64,000 nt of DNA, taken from IMG/VR virus record IMGVR_UViG_3300033233_000015, positions 46,082 through 110,081 of that record. The stretch is one strand, 5' to 3'. The translations under genes and the position numbers were made by a program. Below are positions 9,154-19,198 of the stretch, in pieces (the stretch's first letter is position 1; every line of letters begins with the position of its first letter). The notes under the pieces were generated by a model. The model did not search any database. It had not been told where the DNA came from and saw only the letters and a list, made by a program, of their open reading frames with translations. The DNA is from a virus.

Positions 9154-9339
9154 ATGAGCAGGGGCGCCCAACGCGACGAGACGATCCTTCTCCAGCAGAT
9201 GGTCGACGCCATCCGCGAGTCGCGAGGCCAACCTCCTCTCTACGCGACCGATCGCGAGACGTACCACGTGTACCCCGATCCAACCGCGAGCCGAGATTTT
9301 CTTCCGTCCGGCATGAAGCGCAGTCGCGTCTATCAGTGA
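9154..9339 (+). CDS. hypothetical protein
   Basis: ORF ending the rightward operon. Confidence 0.45.
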   Translation: MSRGAQRDETILLQQMVDAIRESRGQPPLYATDRETYHVYPDPTASRDFLPSGMKRSRVYQ

Positions 9340-9418
9340 CGAGCCCACACCCACGCGAGCGCGATGACGACCGCGATCGATCCCAAGATGACGATCGCGA
9401 CGAGGACCACGCCCTCCT

Positions 9419-10390
9419 TCACGAGAAGGCTCGGCGGAAGAAGTCGACGACACCGCCCACGACAGCGCCAACGAGGGCGCCGACGGGACCTCCGATCGCA
9501 GCTCCGACCGCTACGCCTCCCGCGATGATCGCCACGTCGCTAGCGCCCGATCCTTTCGTAGCGACCATCGGCGAACGAAGACCTGCCGTGCACATCATGC
9601 CGACCTTCGTCTGCACAGCGACGCAGTTGTACGGCGCGATTCCTGGCTGACGACCGACGAGCAGTGGCTTGCCGTCATGAACCATGAGACCGCAGAGCTC
9701 GGGATCGCTCATCACATCGACCGTGTCTCTTGGGGTGCCGTCCACGATGCAGTAGCGACTGAGGAGTCCCTGCGCGATCCCCACATAGTCGTCCTGATCG
9801 GTGCCGTGAAACGGGGGCCACCAGTAGCCTTGGATGACTCCGATGCTCGGTTCGCTCACCGTCTTCGCGACCTTGACCCCGAGCCAGGTCGTCCCTCCGG
9901 GCTGCGGCACGTACTGGCCGTAGTTCTCGGCCTTGCCAGGATAGCTGGCGAGCTGGTTGTCGATGATCCACGGCTTGCCGGGACCGAAGAAGAGCCCACC
10001 CGAGTAGCCCGCCTTCACGAGCGCGTCGTCGAGCATCTTCGAGTTCGTTCGCATCGTCGAAACGAACATCATCTCGTTCGTCGTGAGATGCATCATTCCG
10101 AGCGTGATCGGCGTCACCGTCACCGCGCGTTGCATGTACGCGAGGTCCGAGAGACGCGCGGTGAGGAACGTGCACTCAAGGATGTCCGCCACCCGCTGCA
10201 TGATGCGTGCGCCCATGCCCGGATAGAAGCCGTCGATCTTGATCGGCGTCGAGGTCACGTAGAACGTCGCGGTGTGGTTCTTGTACGAGCTCGTGATGGG
10301 CGTGAACGTGACCTGAGCCTGCCCGTTCTTCACGGCGTCGAGGACGAGAGCTTCGTAGGCGGGATCGCTTGCTGACTTGGGCCAGTTCAT
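9419..10390 (-). CDS. hypothetical protein with C-terminal Gly-zipper TM anchor
   Basis: Strong codon bias; IIAGGVAVGAAIGGPVGALVGAVVGG-RR tail. Confidence 0.75.
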   Translation of the reverse strand: MNWPKSASDPAYEALVLDAVKNGQAQVTFTPITSSYKNHTATFYVTSTPIKIDGFYPGMGARIMQRVADILECTFLTARLSDLAYMQRAVTVTPITLGMMHLTTNEMMFVSTMRTNSKMLDDALVKAGYSGGLFFGPGKPWIIDNQLASYPGKAENYGQYVPQPGGTTWLGVKVAKTVSEPSIGVIQGYWWPPFHGTDQDDYVGIAQGLLSRYCIVDGTPRDTVDVMSDPELCGLMVHDGKPLLVGRQPGIAPYNCVAVQTKVGMMCTAGLRSPMVATKGSGASDVAIIAGGVAVGAAIGGPVGALVGAVVGGVVDFFRRAFS

Positions 10391-10806
10391 TTTTGCATCA
10401 ACTCCCATCCCGTAAACGCGAGGCCAGCACTGAGCGACACGATGGTGAGCACCGCAGCGGTCTTCGACAAGCTCGACATCTGCTGTACGGGCGGCGTCGG
10501 TTCTACGCCGCCCGTCGGAACGTACGCGCCGCACGCGTGGAAGCATCCCTCAAGGGGGTTGCCCTGCCGATCGCGCGTCCATGTGTGCGGCTCGACGAGG
10601 AGAAGCGCGGTCACTCCGGGCAGAGGGAAGCTCTCGGTTACGCCGAGCGGAATCGCCAGATCGTTCGCCAGGGCGTTCGCTCGAGCGACGAGCGCTGCAG
10701 GGATGGGGCCGTCTTCGCCCTCATTCCAGTAGCGGTATCCGCTCGGAATGACTCCGCGCGGGCACTTGGCGGCGTAGCCCGCTCCTGCTCCGTACGAGAC
10801 AGACAT
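10387..10806 (-). CDS. tail-anchored membrane protein
   Basis: C-terminal TM, coupled to the next gene. Confidence 0.7.
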   Translation of the reverse strand: MSVSYGAGAGYAAKCPRGVIPSGYRYWNEGEDGPIPAALVARANALANDLAIPLGVTESFPLPGVTALLLVEPHTWTRDRQGNPLEGCFHACGAYVPTGGVEPTPPVQQMSSLSKTAAVLTIVSLSAGLAFTGWELMQK

Positions 10807-10822
10807 CGCTCAGGAGCGTAAC

Positions 10823-11851
10823 ATGCGGGGCATGTACGTGCGCGACGGCTTCGAGGACGTGGCCTTCAACGGAAGGCGAGTCACGAGTCTCGGATACGGT
10901 CTCGGGTTCGATCTCAGCGACGTGGGCGACGCGGTTATGGATGTTGTTGACGCCGCCATCGATGCGGTCGCGTACTTTGGAAAGCACCTCGACTCGGTTG
11001 CCGAAATTGCGATCGTGGCCGGTCTCGTGATGGCGACTGGCGGCGGGGTCTTGCTCGCGAAGGGCGCGGTAGGTGCCGCAACACTCATCGCGGTGGGTGG
11101 TGCGCTGAGTTCTGCGGGGTACGCGATCGATCGGTTGGAAAAACAGTACGGACCGCAAATCAAGGCCGCGATCGATTGGGCTCAGACGGGAACTCACTCC
11201 GCGACCGACGCGCTCCGCAAAGCGATGCACGACATGCCTCCGAAGGAGCAGGCCGATCTCATCGCGTCGCAGGACTACCGTATCGCGATCAATCTGCTCA
11301 ACGACTACGGGGCTCACCCCGAACGCACTGCGGGAATGCCTGAGCCGACGTTTCGCGATCCGGATGTTGATGTGGCTGCGATCTTGAAGAAGGTCAGCGC
11401 GAACGAGCTGACGGGACGCGAAGCGTACGAAGCGTTCGCGAACAGCGGTCGCATGGCCGAGAGCGCGATCGAGCGTGCGAAGTGGGAGAACAGCCTTCGC
11501 TATTCACCGATCGGGGCGCTCATCCTCGCTGGCATCGCCGAGAACAGCAAGTCGGCTGTCGTGATGCTCGGCACGGCTCGAGATTTGGAGAACGCGGCAG
11601 CCGCACATCCATCCAACGAGTCGGAGCTCCTCGGTCTCGCGAAGACGTTGAGGGAACGTGCGAAGCAGACGGCTCGCGCTGCCGCTGGAGCGGGGGTCGC
11701 GAGCGCGGGGGTCGCGAGCACGAGCGGCAAGAAAAAACTCGTCGTCGGCACCGTCGTCGCGGGCGGCGCTGCGGCGGGCGGGCTCGCGTGGTACGCGAGC
11801 AAGCACGGCCTCACGATGATGCAGGCGCTTCGTCGGATCTTCGGTCATTGA
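10823..11851 (+). CDS. putative virion membrane protein (internal and C-terminal TM)
   Basis: AGGAG SD; N-terminal GRRVTSLGYGLG motif; hydrophobic segments. Confidence 0.75.
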   Translation: MRGMYVRDGFEDVAFNGRRVTSLGYGLGFDLSDVGDAVMDVVDAAIDAVAYFGKHLDSVAEIAIVAGLVMATGGGVLLAKGAVGAATLIAVGGALSSAGYAIDRLEKQYGPQIKAAIDWAQTGTHSATDALRKAMHDMPPKEQADLIASQDYRIAINLLNDYGAHPERTAGMPEPTFRDPDVDVAAILKKVSANELTGREAYEAFANSGRMAESAIERAKWENSLRYSPIGALILAGIAENSKSAVVMLGTARDLENAAAAHPSNESELLGLAKTLRERAKQTARAAAGAGVASAGVASTSGKKKLVVGTVVAGGAAAGGLAWYASKHGLTMMQALRRIFGH

Positions 11852-11876
11852 CGAGCGAGCGACTCACGCTTAGGCT
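11848..11876 (+). promoter_or_regulatory. sigma70-like promoter, probably leaderless for 11883
   Basis: TTGACG-N17-TAGGCT, 6 nt before GTG 11883. Confidence 0.6.
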
Positions 11877-11882
11877 ACTTCC

Positions 11883-12071
11883 GTGATCCCGAAGCTCACC
11901 GAGGTTTTCCACTTCAAGGCCACTCCCGAGCAGGCTCGCGCGATCAAGAGGATGGCCAAAGCCCGACGCATGCATGTCGGAGCGTGGCTCCGATCGGTCG
12001 TCGTCGCTGCGTCTGCTCCTCTCTCAAGCAACGGGTCGATGAATCTCGACACGCCGAGGCTACCGAAATGA
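11883..12071 (+). CDS. ribbon-helix-helix-like regulator
   Basis: VFHFKATPEQARAIKRMAKARRMHVGAWLR. Confidence 0.55.
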   Translation: MIPKLTEVFHFKATPEQARAIKRMAKARRMHVGAWLRSVVVAASAPLSSNGSMNLDTPRLPK

Positions 12072-12550
12072 GCTCGCCCCAGGATCAGATTCTCGGCTTC
12101 CAGCCGGAATCCAAGGTTTCGATCGACGCCCGGCATTGGGAGTCTCTCAAGCGCATCGTGTGGCGCATGAAGACGTCGTGGGGCTTCGTCGAGAGCGAGT
12201 GCCGCGACCTCATCGCTTCGTGCCAGCACGCTGAGGGATGTTTGGGAGCCGACGACATTCGAGAGCCGTGCCTGTCGTCGTGTCCCGACAGGCAGACCCG
12301 CCTCTCGGCGCTCGTCATCTACGCCAACGCGCGCGAGTTCATCTCCGTGAACGCGCCCAAGCCCACCTCGATCGAGGGCGGCGGATACATCCCGCCGACG
12401 CGTGAGTTCTTCGATCTCGTTCTGAGCGAGCTCGTCGTCGCGCACGCCGAGCTCGACGACATGAAGAAGTTGATTCAGGAATCGGGCGCGACTCTTCCGC
12501 CCACCGTCAGTCCGCCCGTCCTCCCCCCAAAATCGGAGCCTCAACCGTGA
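12068..12550 (+). CDS. hypothetical protein
   Basis: ATGA coupling, Cys cluster. Confidence 0.65.
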   Translation: MSSPQDQILGFQPESKVSIDARHWESLKRIVWRMKTSWGFVESECRDLIASCQHAEGCLGADDIREPCLSSCPDRQTRLSALVIYANAREFISVNAPKPTSIEGGGYIPPTREFFDLVLSELVVAHAELDDMKKLIQESGATLPPTVSPPVLPPKSEPQP

Positions 12551-12903
12551 ACATCGAGCTCGATCCGCAAGCCAACATCATCATCGCCCGCCTCATCGAC
12601 ATGCAGCGCACCGAGAGCGGCATCATCATGCCCGACACGCAGATCAAGGGCGTCACCGTCTTCGCGCTCGTCGAGCGAATCGGTCCCGACGTCAAGCGAT
12701 GCAAGCCCGGCGATGTCATCCTTCCTCGAGCGGTGGAGCACTGCTGGCTTCGGGGTGGTACATTCCATCGCGCGCTCATTCAGGACGAGCACGTCGTCGC
12801 GATCGTCAAGAACGGCTTCAACCGCGAGCACATGAAGTTCGTGGACGAGCGCATCGCGGCGGGCGACGACGGCGGTGGTAAAGAAAAGAGGCTGGTCACG
12901 TGA
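12547..12903 (+). CDS. groES: GroES (Cpn10)-like co-chaperonin
   Basis: LDP...RTESGIIMPD mobile loop, VERIGPDV..CKPGDVI. Confidence 0.75.
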   Translation: MNIELDPQANIIIARLIDMQRTESGIIMPDTQIKGVTVFALVERIGPDVKRCKPGDVILPRAVEHCWLRGGTFHRALIQDEHVVAIVKNGFNREHMKFVDERIAAGDDGGGKEKRLVT

Positions 12904-14042
12904 AACTCGAAGCGGTGTACGAACGTCGCAGAGAAGTTCGCCGGCCACGCCGCGCAGCGTCGCCGTGCGGATGTGGATGCGCAGCGTCACCGCGAGGAGT
13001 CGTTCCGCCGCCAGCGCCGCGCGCGCGCGAGGTCCGACGAGAGGTTCGCGATTTCGGTTCGATGCTCGACGCGCTCGAGGCTGCGAAGGCTCAGGGCGCG
13101 ACACATGCGCTGCAGAGCGGATACGCCGTCTACTTCCCGATCTCCGCTGCGGCGGGGTACGACCACTGCGCCATCTATCAGAGACTCGGCAAGTGGCACA
13201 TCGAAGCGCCAGGCAAGAAGAGCAGAGGTCCGCTTCCCACGCTTGCGGTCCCGATCGGTGATCTGATCTTCTCTCTTCAAGGGCGCGGCGCGAGAGAGGC
13301 CGATCCGCCAGGCGGTCCAGTTCTGCGAGTCGGATCGACCATCGTTCTGCCCGCTGGACATCGCGTCGGTATGGGTCGTCTTCGCAAGGACACGACGGTT
13401 CGGATCGATCGAATCGAGAACGACTCCGAGGGAGCCCCGATCTACGGGTTCTCTTGGATGGATGAGAGAGGCAAGGCCCGAAGCGGGTGGCTCTCGCAGA
13501 GCGAAGCGCTTCAATACGTTCGACGTGGCGGTTTCTCTCACGAGTCACCCTCGCGCGAGATCGAGTCGGAGTGCCGTCCGTACCTGAAGATCGAGCGCGA
13601 CGAGAAGCGTTTCCGTGCGTGCCAAGCGATCGCCGATCGCATCGGGCCAATCGACTCGACCGAGAAGTCGTACGAGGTGCTTCGGCAGGCGGTTGGTCAC
13701 GAACTCGCCGAGCGGTTCGGTGTGATGACGATGGACACGCACTTGAAGCTCCGCGACATCGCCGAGACCGGGGCAGGCGAGACGGACGCCGTGATGGCGC
13801 CGAAGGTGCCGACGCTTCAGGCCGCTCTCCTCTCGTCGCCGACGTACGCGATCATCTATCACGTGCATCCCGCCGCGAGCGAGAGGCCGAGCGATGCGGA
13901 TGTCGAAGTGACCAAGGACTTCGCGAAAGCGTTCGCGGAGGTCGGTGTGCCGCTACTCGATCACATCATCATCTCGACGGGATCGAAGAAGGGGCACTAC
14001 TCGTTCGCCGAGTCGAAACCGAAGACGCTTCAAGTGGAGTGA
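12900..14042 (+). CDS. Multidomain protein with C-terminal RadC-like JAB domain
   Basis: ERFGV...IIYHVHP...PSDAD...LLDHIII. Confidence 0.8.
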   Translation: MKLEAVYERRREVRRPRRAASPCGCGCAASPRGVVPPPAPRAREVRREVRDFGSMLDALEAAKAQGATHALQSGYAVYFPISAAAGYDHCAIYQRLGKWHIEAPGKKSRGPLPTLAVPIGDLIFSLQGRGAREADPPGGPVLRVGSTIVLPAGHRVGMGRLRKDTTVRIDRIENDSEGAPIYGFSWMDERGKARSGWLSQSEALQYVRRGGFSHESPSREIESECRPYLKIERDEKRFRACQAIADRIGPIDSTEKSYEVLRQAVGHELAERFGVMTMDTHLKLRDIAETGAGETDAVMAPKVPTLQAALLSSPTYAIIYHVHPAASERPSDADVEVTKDFAKAFAEVGVPLLDHIIISTGSKKGHYSFAESKPKTLQVE

Positions 14043-14045
14043 TCG

Positions 14046-14492
14046 ATGTCGAACCAACAGCAGCAGCAGACCAAGACGCTCGAGATTCCGAAGGCCGAGT
14101 ATCCGATCGTCAACAGGGTTATCACCGATCATCCGTTTCCGACGGAACCCGTACAGGGAGTGCCCGTCGATCCTCATCGCCCGGCAGCGCTGATCTGGAA
14201 TCTAGGGTCACCGCATCCGATCGTGAACAACCTCAAGATCGTGCGCATGTACGTGGTGCCCGGAATCAGTGCAGAGATTTACAGCGCGAGCGAGGACGGG
14301 AAAATGGGCGTGCGCAACGCGATCCCGTGGCCGCAAATTCGCGTCGTAGAAGAGGTGTGCGACGCCGAGTCGTTCGTCGCGGAGATTGTCGCGGCCGAGC
14401 GGGACGACGACGACGACGACGATCCCGATCCCGAGCCTGCGCCCACTCCGCTCGTGGCTCTTCAACCAATGCCGAACGGTGGAGTTTCCTGA
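14046..14492 (+). CDS. hypothetical protein
   Basis: GGAG SD, acidic tail. Confidence 0.7.
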   Translation: MSNQQQQQTKTLEIPKAEYPIVNRVITDHPFPTEPVQGVPVDPHRPAALIWNLGSPHPIVNNLKIVRMYVVPGISAEIYSASEDGKMGVRNAIPWPQIRVVEEVCDAESFVAEIVAAERDDDDDDDPDPEPAPTPLVALQPMPNGGVS

Positions 14493-14830
14493 TGCCTCCC
14501 ACGACCGCGACGCTCGTCTATAGAGTGACGCCGACGAACGTCCTTCCGACCGCGACGATGCAGGCGAAGATGGCGGCAGTTCCGCTCTACGCAAGCGCGC
14601 TGACCGACCCGGTGCTCAAGACGCTGTTCGACTGCACGGTGGCATCCGATGCGACCGCGCCCGCAGGACCGAACATCGATCGCACCATCGTGCTCAACTT
14701 GGGCGCGGGGTTCTTCTCTCTCTTCCCGACCGCTGCCGATTGGGCAACGGCGTTCAACGATCTCTTCGGCAGAACGCTCGCTCTTCTTCTTCCGGCGCAG
14801 GTGAAGAGCCTTCCGGTGGTGTTCGCATGA
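14492..14830 (+). CDS. hypothetical protein
   Basis: TGATG coupling. Confidence 0.65.
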   Translation: MPPTTATLVYRVTPTNVLPTATMQAKMAAVPLYASALTDPVLKTLFDCTVASDATAPAGPNIDRTIVLNLGAGFFSLFPTAADWATAFNDLFGRTLALLLPAQVKSLPVVFA

Positions 14831-16263
14831 GCGGTGACGGCAGACGTGACGGCAGACGACACCGCGGCGTGGCCGCTCCTCCCGAGCACGAAATCGTCGA
14901 CGAACTCTCCGAAGAGATCGAGGACAACGGAGAGACGCGCGCGGTCGCAAACGAGGAGACCGTCAAGCGCGAAGGTGCGCTCAACGCGGAAGCGGTGCAA
15001 AGCAACCGCCGGCGGAAGTCCATCGAGAACAAGAAGAGGGGTGGTGCCGGGACAGTTCCCTGGAACGAGTCTCGAGCGCCGCTTCTCTACGACGACATCA
15101 TCGCGCTCTACCCGCCGAACACGTTGATGATCTACGTCGAGCGTCTCTCGGGCACGCTCGCGAGCTGGTACTTGTACGGACAGCCGAAGAGCGGTCACGA
15201 GCTCTATCAGGCGATCCTCAAGCAGTGTCACGGGCGAAAAGAGGAGACCGAGTACCGCGTCGTCTTCCGCGATGCGCAGCGGAAGTTCGAACGAGGCATC
15301 GGTCGGCTCACGCTTCCGTCGACGCTCGACGACGCTACGCTCCCCGTGCAGCCTCAGGGAATGGGGATGCCGAACGGCGTGCCGCCCGCGAACTACGGGC
15401 AGCAAAACGGCTACGGTCAGCCGAACGGATATCCGCCGCAACAGCCGCCGCAGAACAACGGCTACCCGCAACAGCAGCAGCCTCCGCCGCAGAACTATCC
15501 GCAGCAAGCACCGCAGTTCGCGCAGCAACCGATGCAGCCGATGCAGCCGCAGTACGCGGGTCACTCACCGCAGGAGACGCAGGTGCTCCTCGACATGCAG
15601 CGGCAGATCGCCGAGATGAGCGGGCGAGTGACCGCGTACCTGACGCAGCAACCGATGCAGACGCCGCCTCAGCAAGATCAGCATCGACCGATCTACGATC
15701 GGCCGTCGCCGCGCTACAACGGAAGCGTCGTACCGCCCGCTCCTCAGCCTCCGCCGCAACAGGCCATGCAGCCTCCGCCGGGGATGTACCACGTCCCCGG
15801 ATTCGGCTTCGTCCCCACCGCGAAGCTCATGGAAGCGATGGGAGTCGTCGGGCCTCAGCAGCAGCAGGCTCCAGCAGCTCCTCCGCAGCCCCCGAGGAAC
15901 GCTGCCGACGAGTTCCGAAGCGCGATCGGTCTCATGACCACGGTCGCCGATGCCGCGCGCACCGTGCAGTCGATTTTCCCTAGCGCAGCAAGCGCGCCCG
16001 CGGCGCCGGCCGCTAGAGAAGACGACGATCTGCCGATGAAGACGATCAAGTACGGCGACTTCAACACGGTCGTGAACAAGGAAGACGGCAGCCTGCGGAT
16101 TCCAGACACGATCGCCGCGAACGGCGAGAAGATCCTCGGTTGGATCGAGAAGCAGCGCAAAGACATCCAAGCCCAACGCCAGCAACCTCAGTCGATACCC
16201 GAGCAACCGCCTCAGAACGGCATGATGCCGATGCCGCAGTATCCCGGAGAACAGCAGCGATGA
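14827..16263 (+). CDS. Gln/Pro-rich low-complexity protein
   Basis: ATGA coupling; long QP/NGY-rich centre. Confidence 0.75.
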   Translation: MSGDGRRDGRRHRGVAAPPEHEIVDELSEEIEDNGETRAVANEETVKREGALNAEAVQSNRRRKSIENKKRGGAGTVPWNESRAPLLYDDIIALYPPNTLMIYVERLSGTLASWYLYGQPKSGHELYQAILKQCHGRKEETEYRVVFRDAQRKFERGIGRLTLPSTLDDATLPVQPQGMGMPNGVPPANYGQQNGYGQPNGYPPQQPPQNNGYPQQQQPPPQNYPQQAPQFAQQPMQPMQPQYAGHSPQETQVLLDMQRQIAEMSGRVTAYLTQQPMQTPPQQDQHRPIYDRPSPRYNGSVVPPAPQPPPQQAMQPPPGMYHVPGFGFVPTAKLMEAMGVVGPQQQQAPAAPPQPPRNAADEFRSAIGLMTTVADAARTVQSIFPSAASAPAAPAAREDDDLPMKTIKYGDFNTVVNKEDGSLRIPDTIAANGEKILGWIEKQRKDIQAQRQQPQSIPEQPPQNGMMPMPQYPGEQQR

Positions 16264-16715
16264 AGGCGAACGTCACGATCGAATTTACCGACGAGGAGTT
16301 GAAGGACTACGGGTGGGGTCTTCTCGTCCGCGGGATCCAGTCTCTCGGCAAGATCAAGGTGTTCGACGATCCGCAGTCGGTGAGCATGATCCAAGGCATG
16401 ATCAACCAGCTCATCAACGGTGCGAACGCCGCGAGATCGGGTACGCGCGTCCCGCCCGCGTGGGGTCCTCAGCCACCGATCGGATACGGACCGATGCCCA
16501 CGCAACAAGCGCGCGTCGTTCCGATTCAACCGCAGATCGTTCACGACAAGTGCTTCGTGATCGAGGAGACGCGTGCGAACGAAGCAGGAATCGGGTGTCA
16601 CGTCTGCGCGTCGTTCAACGCTGCGGGACGAACCGTGTGTCGTCACTGCGGTCACGAGCTCTGCTGCGATATCCCCGGTCCCGTGATCACTCCGCCACCG
16701 AAAACACAAATGTGA
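16260..16715 (+). CDS. hypothetical protein with C-terminal Zn ribbon
   Basis: CHVC...CRHCG. Confidence 0.65.
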   Translation: MKANVTIEFTDEELKDYGWGLLVRGIQSLGKIKVFDDPQSVSMIQGMINQLINGANAARSGTRVPPAWGPQPPIGYGPMPTQQARVVPIQPQIVHDKCFVIEETRANEAGIGCHVCASFNAAGRTVCRHCGHELCCDIPGPVITPPPKTQM

Positions 16716-16746
16716 CGACCGCGCGCGCATCGCGTACGATGCGCTC

Positions 16747-17304
16747 ATGCGGGTCTACAACGTGCAGCCCGGCGACAGCCCGGCGTCGATCGCAATTTCG
16801 TACGCTGGATGCCCAAAATGTTCGATCGATCTCGTCTCCGTGAATCCGCACAAGCCGACCGTTCGCTATCCGAACGGCTACGTGACGTTCAAGGATCTGC
16901 GCGCGGGTGAGCGGCTCTGGCTCCCCGACAAGTGGTTCAGCGGCGCGCTCGATGATTTGCCGAGCGAATATTTCGCATCGCTGCCGAGCGCCGACGGATT
17001 TCTGGCCGATCCACGGCCGAACCTGCCGCCGCCGCAAAAGGGGCCGTCCGGTCCTCCGGACTATCCGAAACCTCCTCCTCTGATCATCTCGCCCGTGGCA
17101 CCGTATCGGCCGCCGCCCTTGGCGCCGGTGCCCGATCCGTCCAAGCAGAAGCCGCCGAACGCTGGTGGCGGAGGATCGGCGGGCGGCGGAACCCCAGGAG
17201 AGACGACGCCGTCGGAGTCGGGCATGAGCACCGGAGCGAAGGTCGCCATCGGATTCGCAGTCGCCGCAGCAGGAGGGTTCGCACTATGGACTTTGGCGAA
17301 GTAA
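16747..17304 (+). CDS. LysM-domain tail-anchored protein
   Basis: YNVQPGDSPASIA...LVSVNP...LRAGERLWLP; Pro-rich linker; C-terminal TM. Confidence 0.8.
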   Translation: MRVYNVQPGDSPASIAISYAGCPKCSIDLVSVNPHKPTVRYPNGYVTFKDLRAGERLWLPDKWFSGALDDLPSEYFASLPSADGFLADPRPNLPPPQKGPSGPPDYPKPPPLIISPVAPYRPPPLAPVPDPSKQKPPNAGGGGSAGGGTPGETTPSESGMSTGAKVAIGFAVAAAGGFALWTLAK

Positions 17305-17504
17305 GCATCCACGGTCGTTCGGTCGCCGAGCTCGGAATGCTCGGTGCTGACGTCAACGTCACGAACTGCCCCGCCTGCTCGTGCAGCGGGTATTTTTGGG
17401 CGGGCATGTTCCTCGGAGCGGGCACGCTCTACATCACGACCGCAGTGCTCGGCGCTGCTGCGATCTTCGGATCGACGGTCGCGTACAAGCGGATGAATCC
17501 GTGA
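17286..17504 (+). CDS. small membrane protein
   Basis: GGAGG SD; HGRSVAELGMLG motif; TM. Confidence 0.6.
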   Translation: MDFGEVSIHGRSVAELGMLGADVNVTNCPACSCSGYFWAGMFLGAGTLYITTAVLGAAAIFGSTVAYKRMNP

Positions 17505-17511
17505 GCTCGTG

Positions 17512-18153
17512 ATGGACTTCGGGAGCGAACTCTCTTTCGGTGGTCGTTCCGTCGAAGGATTCGGGCTCGGCACGTTTCTTCGCCAGCCGTCCGTCGAGGA
17601 TCTTCGCAACCTCATCAACGCCAAAGACTACGAGCTGAATCAAATCTACAAGCACTACATGGCCTTCTGGCAGATGTGGGAGACCGTAGATTTGCCGGCC
17701 AAGCTCGATTGGGCCAACGACTGGAACGCGCTTCTCGCAAGATACAAGAAGGCAAAGGAGACCGCGCAGTGGGCGTTCGACAAGGCGGCGGGGCAGCCGT
17801 GGCCGGACTCGGTCATCCTGGCTCCCGACGAATGGAACACCGTGCTTCGAGCGCTGAGAAAAAATTGGGACGGCAAGACGGGGGGTACGCTGGAGAAGGG
17901 TGATGAGGCCGATCTCGAATTTCGCCTTTCGGCTGCGAGCCACAAGAGCAGCGACTTCTCGCACGAGCCGCAACCGACGGGCGACGTCGATCTCGAGATT
18001 TTCAAAGCCGCCGACAAGGCGACCAAGGGGATCGAAACCGTCGCGGGTAAAATCGCCAACTACGTCCCGATCGGACTCGCCATCGGGGCAGGCATCTTGG
18101 TGCTCGTAGCGGGGGCCTACGTCATCGCTCTCTTGCCCAAGTCGAGATCATGA
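17512..18153 (+). CDS. tail-anchored membrane protein
   Basis: GGRSVEGFGLG motif; C-terminal TM. Confidence 0.75.
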   Translation: MDFGSELSFGGRSVEGFGLGTFLRQPSVEDLRNLINAKDYELNQIYKHYMAFWQMWETVDLPAKLDWANDWNALLARYKKAKETAQWAFDKAAGQPWPDSVILAPDEWNTVLRALRKNWDGKTGGTLEKGDEADLEFRLSAASHKSSDFSHEPQPTGDVDLEIFKAADKATKGIETVAGKIANYVPIGLAIGAGILVLVAGAYVIALLPKSRS

Positions 18154-18497
18154 AGTCCAGCACGAAGACCCTCATCGCGGCCGGCGCGGGCGCGGCGATC
18201 GTCGGATTGATCGCGGTGATCGCTTCTCCGAAGTCGAACGCCAGCTCGGGACAGGTTCAAGTCCTGCACGGTCACCGATACCGACTCTCGCACGTGTACC
18301 CATCGGGAACGCAGCCTCCGAGCGTCGCGGTGATGCAGCAGAAGATCGATGTTCTGATGCCGAACACGTGGAGAGTTGTCTCCTCGTCGTTCGACATAGA
18401 CAGATCGGTCGGGACGTTCATCGCCGACATGATCGGTCAGACGCACTACGAAATGACGGTCGGCGGATCGATCGAAGACATGGGGCCGACGCCATGA
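18150..18497 (+). CDS. N-terminally anchored membrane protein
   Basis: N-terminal TM, coupling. Confidence 0.7.
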   Translation: MKSSTKTLIAAGAGAAIVGLIAVIASPKSNASSGQVQVLHGHRYRLSHVYPSGTQPPSVAVMQQKIDVLMPNTWRVVSSSFDIDRSVGTFIADMIGQTHYEMTVGGSIEDMGPTP

Positions 18498-19198
18498 CCA
18501 TTTTTTTCGGAGGTAGACCCGTACGCGGCTTCGGTCTCGAGGATTCGGGACCGACACCGATCCCTCTCTGCGGTTTTCCGAACACGCCCGACTGCGACAG
18601 GTTCACGCTCAAGACGGGCCACCGCTACGTCGCTGGAGGCATCTTCCTCTATCGCTACAAGCCCGACTTCCCGATGGCGGAGGAAGAGAAGCAGGATTTC
18701 ATCTCGAGCTTCGGCGGCGCGATGATGGTCGATTGGGTGAAAGCGCTTGGGCCGCCGAACGATCTCGGTGCAGCAGCGCCTCAGGGATTTCAGTGGGCTC
18801 TTTCGGTGATCTTCCAGGGCTACGCCAAGCGCGATCAGATCCTCATCAACGGACAGACGGAGACGTGGCTCGTTGCTGCGCAGGTGCCCGACAACGTCAC
18901 GCCTCCGCCCGAACCTCCTGCGCCGACACCGCCGAGCGTCACGGAGCACCGAGGCGTGAAGATCATCTACCAGCTGGTGCCTGGTGGCGGATGCGTCGCT
19001 GCGTTCGTTACGCAGCAGGGGAGCTTCGACGTGCAAGACGTCGACTGCGACGGTGCCATCGCGAAGGCGAAGGCGAAACTCGACTCGATGATGGGCGGCG
19101 GCGCGAGCCCCTCTTCCTCGAGCCACACCGGCATCATCGTCGGCATCGCGGCGGGCGTCGTCCTCGCGGGAGCTGCCCTGATCGCAACATCGAGATGA
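18494..19198 (+). CDS. tail-anchored membrane protein
   Basis: GGRPVRGFGL motif; C-terminal TM. Confidence 0.75.
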   Translation: MTIFFGGRPVRGFGLEDSGPTPIPLCGFPNTPDCDRFTLKTGHRYVAGGIFLYRYKPDFPMAEEEKQDFISSFGGAMMVDWVKALGPPNDLGAAAPQGFQWALSVIFQGYAKRDQILINGQTETWLVAAQVPDNVTPPPEPPAPTPPSVTEHRGVKIIYQLVPGGGCVAAFVTQQGSFDVQDVDCDGAIAKAKAKLDSMMGGGASPSSSSHTGIIVGIAAGVVLAGAALIATSR

